Assembly: GCA_963792965.1 (NCBI GenBank)
Contig: CAWBYW010000011.1
Coordinates: forward strand, 94,944 to 158,943
Origin: an uncultured delta proteobacterium
GTDB taxonomy: Bacteria; Desulfobacterota; Zymogenia; Zymogenales; Zymogenaceae
Direction: 5' to 3'
DNA: 64,000 nt
Shown here: piece after piece, positions 44,581 to 54,890 of the stretch
Numbering within the stretch: the stretch's first letter is position 1
Layout: each line of letters starts with the position of its first letter
Notes under the pieces: model-generated
Told to the model about the DNA's origin: nothing
What the model saw: only the letters and a program-made list of their open reading frames with translations
The model's database searches: none
Translations under genes and position numbers: made by a program

Positions 44581-44941
44581 GATAATGGAAGAAAGGGTAC
44601 TGGAATCCCTGTCGAGGCTTTTCGGAATTTTGCGCGACGCCAACCGCCTGAAGATTATCTTCGTCATCGGGAAGGAAAAGAAGCACGTATCGGAAATCAT
44701 GGAGGAGACCTCGCTTCCCCAGACACTTGTCTCTTTTCATCTCAGGCCGTTGAGGGAAAGCGGGATTCTGCTGACGGAGAGAAAGGGACCATTCATCTAC
44801 TATCGCCTTTCGGAGCCGACGTTGATAGATCTCTTGATATCGCTCTGCGGCGTTTCTCCGAAGGGAGAGAGCGTGGAAGAAAGAAATCTTAGATATCCAC
44901 CGATGTCGTTCATGATGAGGTGGATGAAAGGAGGTAATTAA
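44579..44941 (+). CDS. ArsR/SmtB-family regulator
   Basis: LFGILRDANRLKII, QTLVSFHLRPLRESGIL..ERKG..IYY. Confidence 0.9.
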   Translation: MIMEERVLESLSRLFGILRDANRLKIIFVIGKEKKHVSEIMEETSLPQTLVSFHLRPLRESGILLTERKGPFIYYRLSEPTLIDLLISLCGVSPKGESVEERNLRYPPMSFMMRWMKGGN

Positions 44942-44942
44942 A

Positions 44943-45158
44943 ATGCCGTGGTGGAATAGTGTGCCTTCGATATGGGCCATCTGGTGGATCTTTCCGCTTA
45001 TGTGTGTCGCCTTTATGATCATCATGTCGGTCGTTTTCCATCGCCGTGGCGGGCGGGGTGGAATGTGCGGATGGAGGAGAGACAATGAAACGGACAGCCT
45101 CCGCAGGGAAATACGGGAATTGAGGGACGAGATCGCAAAGATCAGAAAAGAGAACTAA
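44943..45158 (+). CDS. Small membrane protein
   Basis: GGAGG RBS; TM WWIFPLMCVAFMIIM, GGMCG, short coiled coil. Confidence 0.65.
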   Translation: MPWWNSVPSIWAIWWIFPLMCVAFMIIMSVVFHRRGGRGGMCGWRRDNETDSLRREIRELRDEIAKIRKEN

Positions 45159-45171
45159 TATGAGGTGTAAC

Positions 45172-45534
45172 ATGGAAGACAAAAAGGGCGCGAACGCGCA
45201 GGGTATGGACATGGGAATGATGAAGGAGATGATGGGAGCAAAGGGGGGCATGCCCGACATGATGGGCAAGTGCATGCAGATGTTTCAGCAGATGGCGGGG
45301 AGTGGCTCGGGACCTGCGACAATGGCCTCTTTCGCCACGCCCGAGGTGAGGGGGCTTTTCGAGGAATGGGCCAAGGCCCTCGAGGACGAGATCATCGCGT
45401 TCATAAAGGGGAAGGCGTCCTGCACGCCCTCCGAGATCGCGGCGAAGCTCAAGATCTCCGAGGAAAGCGTTCTCTTCTTCGTCGGTAAGATGGCGCGGGA
45501 AGGGAAGCTGAAGATCACCGGGGTCAGCCTGTAG
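45172..45534 (+). CDS. Met-rich hypothetical protein with C-terminal winged-helix-like region
   Basis: GAGGTG RBS; MDMGMMKEMMG..MPDMMGKCMQM; ATPEVRGLFEEW; PSEIAAKLKISEES. Confidence 0.7.
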   Translation: MEDKKGANAQGMDMGMMKEMMGAKGGMPDMMGKCMQMFQQMAGSGSGPATMASFATPEVRGLFEEWAKALEDEIIAFIKGKASCTPSEIAAKLKISEESVLFFVGKMAREGKLKITGVSL

Positions 45535-45668
45535 GAGAGGCCGCCTCTTCATAGGGTCCAGAAAAAAACGGGTTGCGTAAGATGAATAAAGGCGTATAAT
45601 CTTCGTAGCCCACAGATCCAGGCAATGACCGGGGCTCCTTTTAGAGCCAAACGTTTTTGGAGCGAGAT

Positions 45669-46118
45669 ATGGCAATCCAGCGTGAACTTCTGGCCCCCTG
45701 CGGCCTTTACTGCGGGGCCTGCGCCATCCGGGGGGCGTACCTTTCCGACGAGCCTGCGTTCAAGGAAAAAGTCGCGGCCGGCTATGGGGTCAAGGTAGAG
45801 GACCTCCGGTGCGAGGGGTGCCTATCAGAAACCCCGTTCGTTTACTGCCGGAGTTGCGCCATCAAGTCCTGCGTGAAAGAAAAGGGGTACGAGGGATGTT
45901 ACCAGTGTGGTGACTTTCCCTGTTCCCGCGTCGAAAGCTTCCCGTTTCCCGCAGGAAAATCGGTGATCCTGCGCGCGGTCCCCGAGTGGAAGAAACTCGG
46001 CACCGAGAAATGGGTCGAGGCGGAGAAGAAACGCTACACGTGCGCCGAGTGCGGTAATCCGCTCTTCAGGGGATCGAAGAGGTGCCGCACGTGTAAGGCC
46101 GAGGTGCCCGCCGATTAA
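45669..46118 (+). CDS. Cys-rich DUF3795-type protein with C-terminal zinc ribbon
   Basis: APCGLYCGAC, CEGC, CAIKSC, CYQCGDFPC, CAECG..CRTC. Confidence 0.8.
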   Translation: MAIQRELLAPCGLYCGACAIRGAYLSDEPAFKEKVAAGYGVKVEDLRCEGCLSETPFVYCRSCAIKSCVKEKGYEGCYQCGDFPCSRVESFPFPAGKSVILRAVPEWKKLGTEKWVEAEKKRYTCAECGNPLFRGSKRCRTCKAEVPAD

Positions 46119-46236
46119 GTGCTTCCGCGGGAAGACCCCGGTCTTCCCGCGGCTTCCCCTTCCCTCGTGAATAATTTTCTCATCTTTCAGCAAGAAATCT
46201 GCTATCATACGTGCCATACCCTTTTTCGGGGGAGCT

Positions 46237-47745
46237 ATGCGGCCCGACGTTGCCCTTGTCGTCCTCCTGGTCCTGCTGATTGTCATCCTGATCCTCCAAA
46301 AGAGCATAAGGCGATACTTCCGGAGAATCCTCAAGAGAAGGAGCCTCAGGGTTCTGCATCACTTCAGGGCTCGCATCGAGCGCTTCAAACTGACCCAAAA
46401 GAAATACATCAAGTATCAGCTCATGAAGGAAAAGGAGATCTGGGACGCCATGGAACTCCACACCGCCCAGAACCGGATCTCGCCCGAAGAGACCCTTGCT
46501 CGCGTCGAGGGGTATATCGACGAAATCGTTCCGCAGTTCAATATCCTGTCCTATTACGCCTTCGGATACAGGGCCGCCCACTTGTTGCTGAATCTCGTAT
46601 ATAATGTGGTCATAGACAAGAAGAACTTCGAGGAACTTCAGAAGATCCCCAAGGAGAGCGTTGTCATCTACATCATGAACCACCGGAGTAACGTCGACTA
46701 CATTTTGGTCGCCTACATGCTGGCCGAAAGGATATCGCTCTCCTACGCCGTGGGGGAATGGGCGCGGGTCTGGCCGCTCGAGTATATCTTCAAGAGCTTC
46801 GGCTCATACTTCATCCGCCGCAAATACCGGGAGCCGCTCTACCACACCGTGTTAAGAAAATACGTCCAGCTCATCAGCAAGAATGGGATCACCCAGGGGA
46901 TATTTGTCGAGGGAGGCCTCTCCCGTGACGGACGTCTGCAGCAGGGGAAGATCGGGCTTCTGGACTATATCGTCGAGACGATTGCCGATCCCGAGTTCAG
47001 CAAGGACCTTGTCTTCGTCCCCGTGGGGATCAACTACGACCGGGTGCTGGAAGATACCAGCCTCATCAAGGAGGCCCACGGGGCCCCGCCGGAGAAGCGG
47101 GGGATCGAGAGGGTGGCGGCGGCCGCCGGGCTCTTTATCACGATCCCGCGGGTGATCGCGAGGAACGGCTTCTATTATCTATTCAAGGGGATCCGGAAGT
47201 ACGGCTACACCTCGGTCGCCGTGGGGGAGCATATATCGCTGAGGGAGTACCTCTCCACGCTGGGCAGGGATATCTTTTCGCTTGGGGCCGACCAAAAAAT
47301 AGCCGAGGTCAAGCGCTTTACCGACCATATTCTCTACCGGGTCGGCCGCGTCATCCCCGTTACGCCGGTGCCGATGGTCGCCTACGCGATGCTCGCCGAC
47401 GGGCGAAACGTCATCCCGCGCACGGAATTGATGGCCAAGATGATAAACCTCAAGAAGGAGCTCGTGAGAAGGGACGCCAGGATCGTACAGGGGCACGAGT
47501 TTGTCGATCTAATGGTCGAGAAACGGAGGCTTTCGTTCGAGGAGGAAGATCGGACGGCGGAGCTGGTCGCCTTCGAGCACGGGGTCATCGAAATGGAGGA
47601 GATAGAAAAGACGATCGAGATCGCGATGGAGGTTCTGAGCCTCAGGAAGATCGCCCGAAGGAAGAAGGAAGACATCGTGATCAACCCGGAGAGAAAAGAG
47701 GTATTGACCTACTACAGCAACTCGATCGTACAGATTTTTGGGTGA
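46237..47745 (+). CDS. PlsB/GPAT-like glycerolipid acyltransferase
   Basis: NHRSNVD (HX4D), FIRR, FVEGGLSRDG, VPVGINYD. Confidence 0.85.
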   Translation: MRPDVALVVLLVLLIVILILQKSIRRYFRRILKRRSLRVLHHFRARIERFKLTQKKYIKYQLMKEKEIWDAMELHTAQNRISPEETLARVEGYIDEIVPQFNILSYYAFGYRAAHLLLNLVYNVVIDKKNFEELQKIPKESVVIYIMNHRSNVDYILVAYMLAERISLSYAVGEWARVWPLEYIFKSFGSYFIRRKYREPLYHTVLRKYVQLISKNGITQGIFVEGGLSRDGRLQQGKIGLLDYIVETIADPEFSKDLVFVPVGINYDRVLEDTSLIKEAHGAPPEKRGIERVAAAAGLFITIPRVIARNGFYYLFKGIRKYGYTSVAVGEHISLREYLSTLGRDIFSLGADQKIAEVKRFTDHILYRVGRVIPVTPVPMVAYAMLADGRNVIPRTELMAKMINLKKELVRRDARIVQGHEFVDLMVEKRRLSFEEEDRTAELVAFEHGVIEMEEIEKTIEIAMEVLSLRKIARRKKEDIVINPERKEVLTYYSNSIVQIFG

Positions 47746-47987
47746 ACGTGAGACGACACCCGACTGCCATCCGAGGTGACAATCCCTCGGCACATCGGCT
47801 CGGCTTTTATTTTAGTACGGGGCCTCTACAAATATGCCTGAACGCCCGGCATCAACTCGGCCCGCTTTTCGGCCTCCGGCTTTTTGGGCTGTTGCCTTCT
47901 TGCTGAAAGCCGCGTTGACCGTCGGCCCCTCTATACTGTCGCAATGCGGCGGCACGGTCATCGCCGCGCTAAACAGGCCTTGCAAGA

Positions 47988-48521
47988 TTACTTCTCCAGA
48001 TTTTCGACCAACGATGTATATTTGATGTGGACCATTTTCCGGTCGAAGTCGTAGAACTCGGCGAGCATGGCGTCCTGTTCTTCTTTGGAAAAGTAGTCGA
48101 GTATGGGAAAGAAGAAACCCTTGTCCTCTTTCAGTATGTGCTTCGGATAAAAGGTGACCAGCGTCTCGATCCGATCCGCGATTATCCCCAATGACCTTCC
48201 CTCGCCTTTCAGGTAGTTCTCTTTTGCCTCCACCAGCTCTCTGACCACTTTTCTGGCGAACATGTGCTCCTCGATCAGCTCCTGCATGATCTTAGTGTGA
48301 TTCGGGGTCATCCGTTTTTTGGCCAGGTCCCGAAACAGAATGTCTTCTTCCTTACCGTGATGGGTCATGTCGGCGTATATCCTGATGAAATCGACCGCGG
48401 TATCGATGAATACGGTATTTACCTTGTTGACCTTGAGCATATTCTCTTTTTCTCTTTGGATGATCTTTATCATTCTCTCGATGAGACGGTGTTCATGCAT
48501 CAGAGGGCCTATCGGTTTCAT
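47988..48521 (-). CDS. Hemerythrin/HHE domain protein
   Basis: EH..IE, HHGKEEDILF, EEH, HILKED. Confidence 0.9.
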   Translation of the reverse strand: MKPIGPLMHEHRLIERMIKIIQREKENMLKVNKVNTVFIDTAVDFIRIYADMTHHGKEEDILFRDLAKKRMTPNHTKIMQELIEEHMFARKVVRELVEAKENYLKGEGRSLGIIADRIETLVTFYPKHILKEDKGFFFPILDYFSKEEQDAMLAEFYDFDRKMVHIKYTSLVENLEK

Positions 48522-48829
48522 GGCTATCTCCCTTACGAGTGGTTATAATCAACGATATCGGACAGGTCATGCAAATAGAATAGACTGTCGGCAAGAGTCG
48601 TCGCGCGGTTTCGCGCCGCGCGTCATGATAAGAATAGACTGTTTACACAGCTAACGTGATTTCCTGTCGACCGGCCGCGATGGCTCTACACGTGCAGTCT
48701 TCCCCGCCCGCGTAAACGCTTCCTCAATTTAGTACGTCATAAATGACAGGCGGTCATAATCTCCGTTCGCACTATGGCCGCCGCAATAGAAAGTTATATA
48801 GGCTCCGATGTACGTTCAACGTCCAATCG

Positions 48830-49273
48830 TCACGACTTAACCAGCACGACATTGCACGGTGCTCCCTTCACAACCTTGTCCGCCACGGAACCCATCAGGT
48901 ACTTCTTCAGTCCGGTTTTTCCGTGCGATGAGATCACGATCAGGTCGGCTTTTTTCGCCTTCTGCTCCTTCAGGATCTGTTCGTAAGGTGTTCCTTCCTT
49001 GATGTCTCCGAGGATCTGCACGCCGTCCTTTTTGTGCTTGTCTATCATCTTCTTGAGATTGGCGTTGCTGGTCGCCTTGATCTGCCCGTTGATCATAGAA
49101 ACGTCCGAATTTGAGAGGCAGTAATCGGCCACACACTGCTGTATAATATCCACCACGTGAAGGAGGTGAATCTTCGCGTTGTTGTGCTTGGCGATGTCCA
49201 CCGCCAGCTCCAACGCACTGCTTGAGAACTTCGAAAAGTCGGTTGGGACCAGAATGCTTTTTGCTTTCAGCAT
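48830..49273 (-). CDS. Universal stress protein
   Basis: ILVPTDFS, DLIVISSHGKTG...MGSVADKVVKGAPCNV. Confidence 0.95.
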   Translation of the reverse strand: MLKAKSILVPTDFSKFSSSALELAVDIAKHNNAKIHLLHVVDIIQQCVADYCLSNSDVSMINGQIKATSNANLKKMIDKHKKDGVQILGDIKEGTPYEQILKEQKAKKADLIVISSHGKTGLKKYLMGSVADKVVKGAPCNVVLVKS

Positions 49274-49449
49274 AGCCTTTCCTCCTTATCCATCAATCCT
49301 ACCGTTAATATAAACACCGGTGCGGTATGTTTCAAGGGAGGTCGGTAATGTGCGCGCCGACGCGGGATTCACCCGTTACAGCGTCTTATTATAACATCCA
49401 GGGGCGTACCGCGCAAGGACGGCTCGATGATAGCGAGTGGGGAAAAATG

Positions 49450-49479
49450 AAAAAGGGCGAGCCCAAAAAGGGCTCGCCC
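49450..49479 (-). terminator. Intrinsic terminator of the 5'-nucleotidase gene
   Basis: GGGCGAGCCC-N5-GGGCTCGCCC stem followed by a T run on the minus strand. Confidence 0.75.
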
Positions 49480-49506
49480 GGGGTGAGCATGTTCTGACCG
49501 GTGCGT

Positions 49507-51495
49507 CTATCTGCGGGTCTTCTTGGGTGCTATTTTGGTCCGCTTCGCTCTTCTTTTCTTGACGATTCTGACGGGAATATAGATGATCAGGACCACGATC
49601 ACGATGGCAAGGATGATGGCGCCCAGCGCGATCCAGGTGAGGTAGTTCCCGCCGGCTAACAGCTTGATGGGGTTCCAGCTCGGGGCGCTCACGTAGCGAC
49701 CCTCGGTGCCGTTGTAGCGCTCGGGGATGTCGGGGATGCCGTCACCGTTCGTGTCGGGAAAGGTCTTGACGTATTCCAACAGCGCCGTCCAGTCTTTCAT
49801 CTCCTGTATGCCCGGGGTGTTCGGATCGGCGTCCACCCGGTAAGCGGAAAGATCATCGATCGCCTTCCCGTCTTTATCCTTGGGGACCATGGTGAGGATT
49901 CCGTTCGTGAAACTCCCGACGATCTTGATGAAGGCGGCGTTATAGTAGTTGCAGGTAATCTTGTAGAGGGTCTTGTTGCCGGACGACCAGTCCAGGGGGA
50001 CATAGTTGCCGTTATCGTCCTCTATGAGGATCTTCGTCACCCGGTCAAAGATCATACGGTGCGGGTTATAGGTAACCTTCAGGCCCGACAACTGGAGGAA
50101 ATAGTCGCTCCCCTTGATCGGATATATGGAGGTCGGGACCTCCATAGCCTTTTTGAGCTCCGAGCCGTAGAGGTAGAAAGTGACGAGGGGATAGGCCATC
50201 GTGTCGTCAACCCCGATGCCCATGGGCTCGACGTTGAAAAGATCCGTGACGGACACGTCGCCGGTCTTGCCCACCATGATGTCGCTCCACATGAGGCCGT
50301 TGGACTGGATGGATACCCGCACGCGGCTCGTGGGATCTTTCGCATCGTACTGGACCCTGTCCACCGCCCAGCGGAGGGCGTCGGTAGCCATGTTACCCAC
50401 CCCCACTTCCTCTGCCTTCAGAATCATGTTAAAGCTGGTCTTGGCAAGCCTCTGGAAGAAGGTGAGATGATAGGGGGCGAGAACCTTCTCGTCTACGATT
50501 TTCTCGTAGCCAATGATCTCGTTGTTGATCGCCGCGTCCCCCATGATCGTGTCGTCGATGGGGATGTAGGAGTATTTTTTTACTGATACGCCGTCCGGCC
50601 CGACCGCGAGGTCGAGGACCCCGAGCACCTTGCCATACTCCCAGGCCTGGACGATAACCGTCTTTCCGATGACGATGGGCTTGGGAAGATACGTGTGCGT
50701 ATGGCCGGAGACGATGACGTCGATGCCGGGGACTTTCTTCGCTAAAATCTCGTCCTCCGACATCCCCTTGTTATCCCAAATGCCGCAATGCGATAAACAG
50801 ATGACGAGGTCGACCTTTTCGGTCTCGCGCAACACCTTCACCATTTTCCGCGCGGCGTCGATATAGTCCGGGAACGTCAGCGGGTCGGCAAAGGGCGAGT
50901 CCACGGCGGCCTCCTTGCCCATGAGGCCGAAGAACCCGATCTTCATGCCTCCCTTTTCCATAACGGCGTACGGTTTGACGAGGCCTTTCTCGAAGTCTTT
51001 CTCGAGCGTGTCGTCCTCGGTTGACTCCTTGGAGAACGCAATGTTGGAGAGGACTATGGGGGGGATCTTGCCCCTTCTCTCGGCCGATTCGAGTATCCGT
51101 GCCAGCCCCTTGGGCTTCAGGTCAAACGAATGGTTGCCCAGCGTGATCATGTCGTAGCCCATCTCCTTCATGAGGACCAGCTCCGTTGCCTCGTCCCGGG
51201 CGATCATGTGGAAGAGAGACCCCATCATAAAATCGCCCGCGTCAAGCACAAGCACGGGGTTGGTGCGGGCGTCCTTCTGCTTTTTGATCTCGGTGGCGAG
51301 CCTCGCCCACCCGCCGATGGTTTCGTCGTCCCCGACGGTCATGGGCGTGTAGTCGATATTGGGGGAAAAGCCGAGGAGCTTCGAGTGAAGGTCGTTGGTA
51401 TGGATGATGGTCAACGTCTTCTCGTCGGCGGTAACGCCGGCCGAGGCGATAAAAATGAAGCATATCGCGAGGGCAATGAACGTCTTTACTTTCAT
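49507..51495 (-). CDS. Exported 5'-nucleotidase/metallophosphoesterase (UshA-like) with C-terminal TM anchor
   Basis: Signal peptide, HTNDLH, DAGD, GNHSFD, LSHCG, GHTH, 5'-nucleotidase C domain, TM plus basic tail. Confidence 0.9.
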   Translation of the reverse strand: MKVKTFIALAICFIFIASAGVTADEKTLTIIHTNDLHSKLLGFSPNIDYTPMTVGDDETIGGWARLATEIKKQKDARTNPVLVLDAGDFMMGSLFHMIARDEATELVLMKEMGYDMITLGNHSFDLKPKGLARILESAERRGKIPPIVLSNIAFSKESTEDDTLEKDFEKGLVKPYAVMEKGGMKIGFFGLMGKEAAVDSPFADPLTFPDYIDAARKMVKVLRETEKVDLVICLSHCGIWDNKGMSEDEILAKKVPGIDVIVSGHTHTYLPKPIVIGKTVIVQAWEYGKVLGVLDLAVGPDGVSVKKYSYIPIDDTIMGDAAINNEIIGYEKIVDEKVLAPYHLTFFQRLAKTSFNMILKAEEVGVGNMATDALRWAVDRVQYDAKDPTSRVRVSIQSNGLMWSDIMVGKTGDVSVTDLFNVEPMGIGVDDTMAYPLVTFYLYGSELKKAMEVPTSIYPIKGSDYFLQLSGLKVTYNPHRMIFDRVTKILIEDDNGNYVPLDWSSGNKTLYKITCNYYNAAFIKIVGSFTNGILTMVPKDKDGKAIDDLSAYRVDADPNTPGIQEMKDWTALLEYVKTFPDTNGDGIPDIPERYNGTEGRYVSAPSWNPIKLLAGGNYLTWIALGAIILAIVIVVLIIYIPVRIVKKRRAKRTKIAPKKTRR

Positions 51496-51824
51496 GGATA
51501 CCTCCTTGTGAGGGAAGACCTTTGATTGCCGAAATAAGAAAACGGCGTGCCTGCATGTTATCCGAGGGGACACGCGGCAGACTCTTGCCTGCCGGCATTG
51601 AAAATGTATCAAATAGTACAATTATTATCAAGATAAATGTAAACGAGTCATGGCCGGATGTGTTGATTATATCCATCCGCCGCTTCCGATGCCGCCCAAA
51701 AGACGCCGCCCGCACGTCAGGGACGAAAAGTGTCCTTGTGCGACGCACCGAGGTATGATATGATACAAAACAAATGTAATTGATGCCGCGCCGAGTCGCG
51801 CGTCACTGAGGAGAGGAGGAGTCC

Positions 51825-52397
51825 ATGGCCGATTTTAGTGACTTACTTACGAAAAGACGGTCGATCCGTGACTTCTTGGATAAGCCGGTTTCGACGGATC
51901 TCGTCAAAGAGCTCATCAAGGAGACCACGCTTGCCCCGAGCTCCGGCAACGGGCAACCCTGGAAGTTCATCATCGTCAACAACAGGGGCCTCATCAAGCG
52001 ACTCTCCGACGAGAGCAAGAAGAACCTCCTTGCCGATATCGCCAAGAATCCCGCATCGTCCAGCAAGCGTTACGAAGAGACCCTGAAGAACGCCGCCTTC
52101 AACGTCTTCTATAATGCCCCGTGCCTGGTGATCATCGTCGGGCCCGTCAAGCTCTATTCGACCTATATCGACTGCGCCCTTGCCGCCGGCTATCTGATGC
52201 TTGCGGCGGCAAATCGGGGGCTCGGGACCTGCTGGGTCAACCTCGGCTCTCAGATCAGGGAAGAAGGGATGAAGAAGGAGATCGGCCTGCCCGACGCTCA
52301 CGTAATCGTTGCCCCGATCATCCTCGGGTGGCCCAACGGTATTCCGCAGGCGCCGGAGAGAAAGGAGCCGCAGATCGAGAAGGTGATCGAGGGGTAA
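51825..52397 (+). CDS. Nitroreductase family protein
   Basis: RRSIR, APSSGNGQPWKF, LAAANRGLGTCW. Confidence 0.93.
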   Translation: MADFSDLLTKRRSIRDFLDKPVSTDLVKELIKETTLAPSSGNGQPWKFIIVNNRGLIKRLSDESKKNLLADIAKNPASSSKRYEETLKNAAFNVFYNAPCLVIIVGPVKLYSTYIDCALAAGYLMLAAANRGLGTCWVNLGSQIREEGMKKEIGLPDAHVIVAPIILGWPNGIPQAPERKEPQIEKVIEG

Positions 52398-52535
52398 GCT
52401 TGAGGGTGGCCGGTCGTGGAAAAAGAGCAGCAGGGATGTCCGCCCTCCGGCCCGTGAGACGACCGCAGCTCGCCCCATCGTCGAACTACTTCAGGATATG
52501 CATACAGACAAACTGACATAGAGAGGAGATATCCG

Positions 52536-53081
52536 ATGAACGAAAGAATCGCCGCGGGAAAGACCGCCCCTGACTTCACGTTCGATACGCCGTGGAAAAA
52601 GTCGCAGAAACTCTCCGACATCGCCCGAAAAGGGAAGACGGTCCTCATGTTCCTGCGCTACGCGGGCTGCCCCCTTTGCCAGATGAAGATCGCCGAGCTG
52701 AGAGGTGGCTTTGAGGAGTTCAAGAAACGGAAGGTGAATCTCCTCGTCGTCCTCCAGAGCACCCCCGAAAACATTACGAAGGTCGTCGAAAAGAAAGATA
52801 TCCCTTTCGAGATCGTCTGCGATCCTAAGGAAAAGCTCTTTTCCCTCTATGGCGTGAAGCCCGGAACGATCTTCGGCTACATCACGCCGACCACGATCAT
52901 AAAGGCGATACAATCGACCCGGCGCGGCTTTAAGCACGGCACATACGAGGGAAACGAAAAGCAGCTTCCCGCCGTCTTCATCATCGGCGCAGGCAGGAAG
53001 GTCGACTACGTGTACTACGGTAAAAACGTCGCCGACGTGCCCGCGACCAAAAAGCTCCTTGCGATCATCGATAGAAAATAG
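52536..53081 (+). CDS. AhpC/TSA peroxiredoxin-like protein
   Basis: APDF, FLRYAGCPLC, CDP..LF..YG, QLPAVFII. Confidence 0.85.
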   Translation: MNERIAAGKTAPDFTFDTPWKKSQKLSDIARKGKTVLMFLRYAGCPLCQMKIAELRGGFEEFKKRKVNLLVVLQSTPENITKVVEKKDIPFEIVCDPKEKLFSLYGVKPGTIFGYITPTTIIKAIQSTRRGFKHGTYEGNEKQLPAVFIIGAGRKVDYVYYGKNVADVPATKKLLAIIDRK

Positions 53082-53089
53082 TTATCGAC

Positions 53090-53377
53090 TTATTTGCCGA
53101 GGTCCTTCTTAAGGTCTTTGAGCGTGTCGTTAACCATTGCGTCGAGAATATCAGCGTGTTTCATCCAGTCAACGGGCCCCCAATTACGGGTGTCCACGAA
53201 CGTGTCGGTCACGCCCCATGAGGCCTTCTTGATTACCTTGAGGCCGTTTTTTGTGAGCATGAAGTGATAGTTCATTGCGACGGCGGCAAGTAGGGCGACC
53301 GCCAGGATAATGATTACCGGGGTCATCAATCCCTTTTTCTTGTTCCTGGTTCCCGATGACCTCTTTGAATGTGCCAA
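53090..53377 (-). CDS. Small hypothetical membrane protein
   Basis: GAGGAGG RBS before TTG; basic N-terminus, one TM. Confidence 0.6.
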   Translation of the reverse strand: MAHSKRSSGTRNKKKGLMTPVIIILAVALLAAVAMNYHFMLTKNGLKVIKKASWGVTDTFVDTRNWGPVDWMKHADILDAMVNDTLKDLKKDLGK

Positions 53378-53449
53378 TTGTTCCTCCTCACGTTATTGTA
53401 TTATCTGAGTAGTGTCGCCGCCCACTCCGGGCGGCGTTTCCGGTTTATC

Positions 53450-54148
53450 TCAGGCCCTGTGTCCGAAGATCGCCGTGCCCACGCGGACCATTGTCGCCCC
53501 CTCCTGAACGGCGATCGCGAAATCGTCCGACATCCCCATGGAAAGCTCGGTCAGCTTGGCCCCGGGGATTTTCCGTGCGTTGACCTCGCCAAGGAGCTCC
53601 TTCATCCGTCGGAAATAGGGCCGGGACGCCTCCGGCTCCCGGCCGAATGGCGGCATGCCCATGAGGCCCCGGATCCTCAGGCCCTTCAGGGGGGCTATCT
53701 TCTCTAAGAGGGCAACCAGGTTCTCCTCCATGACGCCTGACTTCTGCTCCTCTCGCGAGATATCGACCTGGACGAGAATGTCCATGACCCGGTTTTGTTG
53801 CTCGGCGCGCCTGGCGATCTCGACGGCGAGCCCTTCGCTATCCACCGAGTGGATCAGGTCAAAGAGCCGTACGACGTATTTTGCCTTGTTGGCCTGGAGG
53901 CCGCCGATAAAGTGCCAGCGGGCCCTGTCTCTTCCCACCTCTTCGATCTTGGTACGCGCCTCCTGGACGTAGTTTTCCCCGATGTCGGTGGCTCCCGCGT
54001 CGATCGCCGCGCGCACGTGACCCGTCCCGAAGGTTTTCGTCACGGCGATCAGGGTCACCTCCGAGGGGTCCCTTCCAACATCGAGACAGGCGCGCCCGAT
54101 CTCATCGATGATCCGTTTCAGGTTTTGCCTGATATCTCCCGACTCCAT
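53450..54148 (-). CDS. yggS: PLP homeostasis protein
   Basis: LIAVTK, GENYVQE, WHFIG.LQ.NK, LSMGMSDD, MVRVGTAIFG. Confidence 0.96.
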   Translation of the reverse strand: MESGDIRQNLKRIIDEIGRACLDVGRDPSEVTLIAVTKTFGTGHVRAAIDAGATDIGENYVQEARTKIEEVGRDRARWHFIGGLQANKAKYVVRLFDLIHSVDSEGLAVEIARRAEQQNRVMDILVQVDISREEQKSGVMEENLVALLEKIAPLKGLRIRGLMGMPPFGREPEASRPYFRRMKELLGEVNARKIPGAKLTELSMGMSDDFAIAVQEGATMVRVGTAIFGHRA

Positions 54149-54164
54149 GACGATCACCTCTCGC

Positions 54165-54759
54165 TTACGCGACCTCGACGGCCCCCAGCCGCATCAGGGC
54201 GTCGACCACCTCGGATATCGGGAGCCCCACCACGTTCGTGTAGGAGCCCTCGATTTTCGTAATAAAGGCCGATGCATATCCCTGCACGGCGTAGGCCCCG
54301 GCCTTGTCCATCGGCTCACCCGTTTGGATGTAGGCGCCGATCTCCTTTTCGGAGAGTCGCTTCATCGTGACGAGGGTCTCGACGGCGCCGGTGATCTCCC
54401 GATTGCTATCCTGTGCGACGACGCAAAAGCCCGAGATCACCCGGTGTGTCCTGCCCGAGATGAGCCCAAGCATCCGGACGGCATCGGCTCTGTCGGTCGG
54501 CTTTCCGAGGGCGGCGCCGTCCACGACGACGAGGGTGTCCGCGCCGAGGACAAAGGCGGCCTGTCGCTGCGGCGACTGCCGCAGCGTGGGCCTTTTGGCG
54601 CGAGAGCCTGACGACGTGATCGGGTATCGGTTCATCCGGGCCGATCGTCTCGTCAACATCGGTCCCGAGGACGGAAAACTCGATCCCGAGGTTTTTCAGG
54701 AACTCGCGTCTCCTCGGCGAATGGGACGCCAACACGATCTTTCCGACGGTCTTGTACAT
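54165..54759 (-). CDS. maf: Maf-family nucleoside triphosphate pyrophosphatase; frameshift near 54570
   Basis: IVLASHSPRRRE, GADTLV, LGKP, DKAGAY.VQG, NVVGLP. Confidence 0.9.
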
Positions 54760-54890
54760 GATCAACTCTCTTGTATCACAGATGACCGGCCTTTGTCAAA
54801 AAAGTCGAAAGGCCAATTGAGGAAATTATGATAAAATACCTTGAAAAAAGAGGGCAACGGTGATAATTTTCCTCATTGTCTTTGGAGGGA

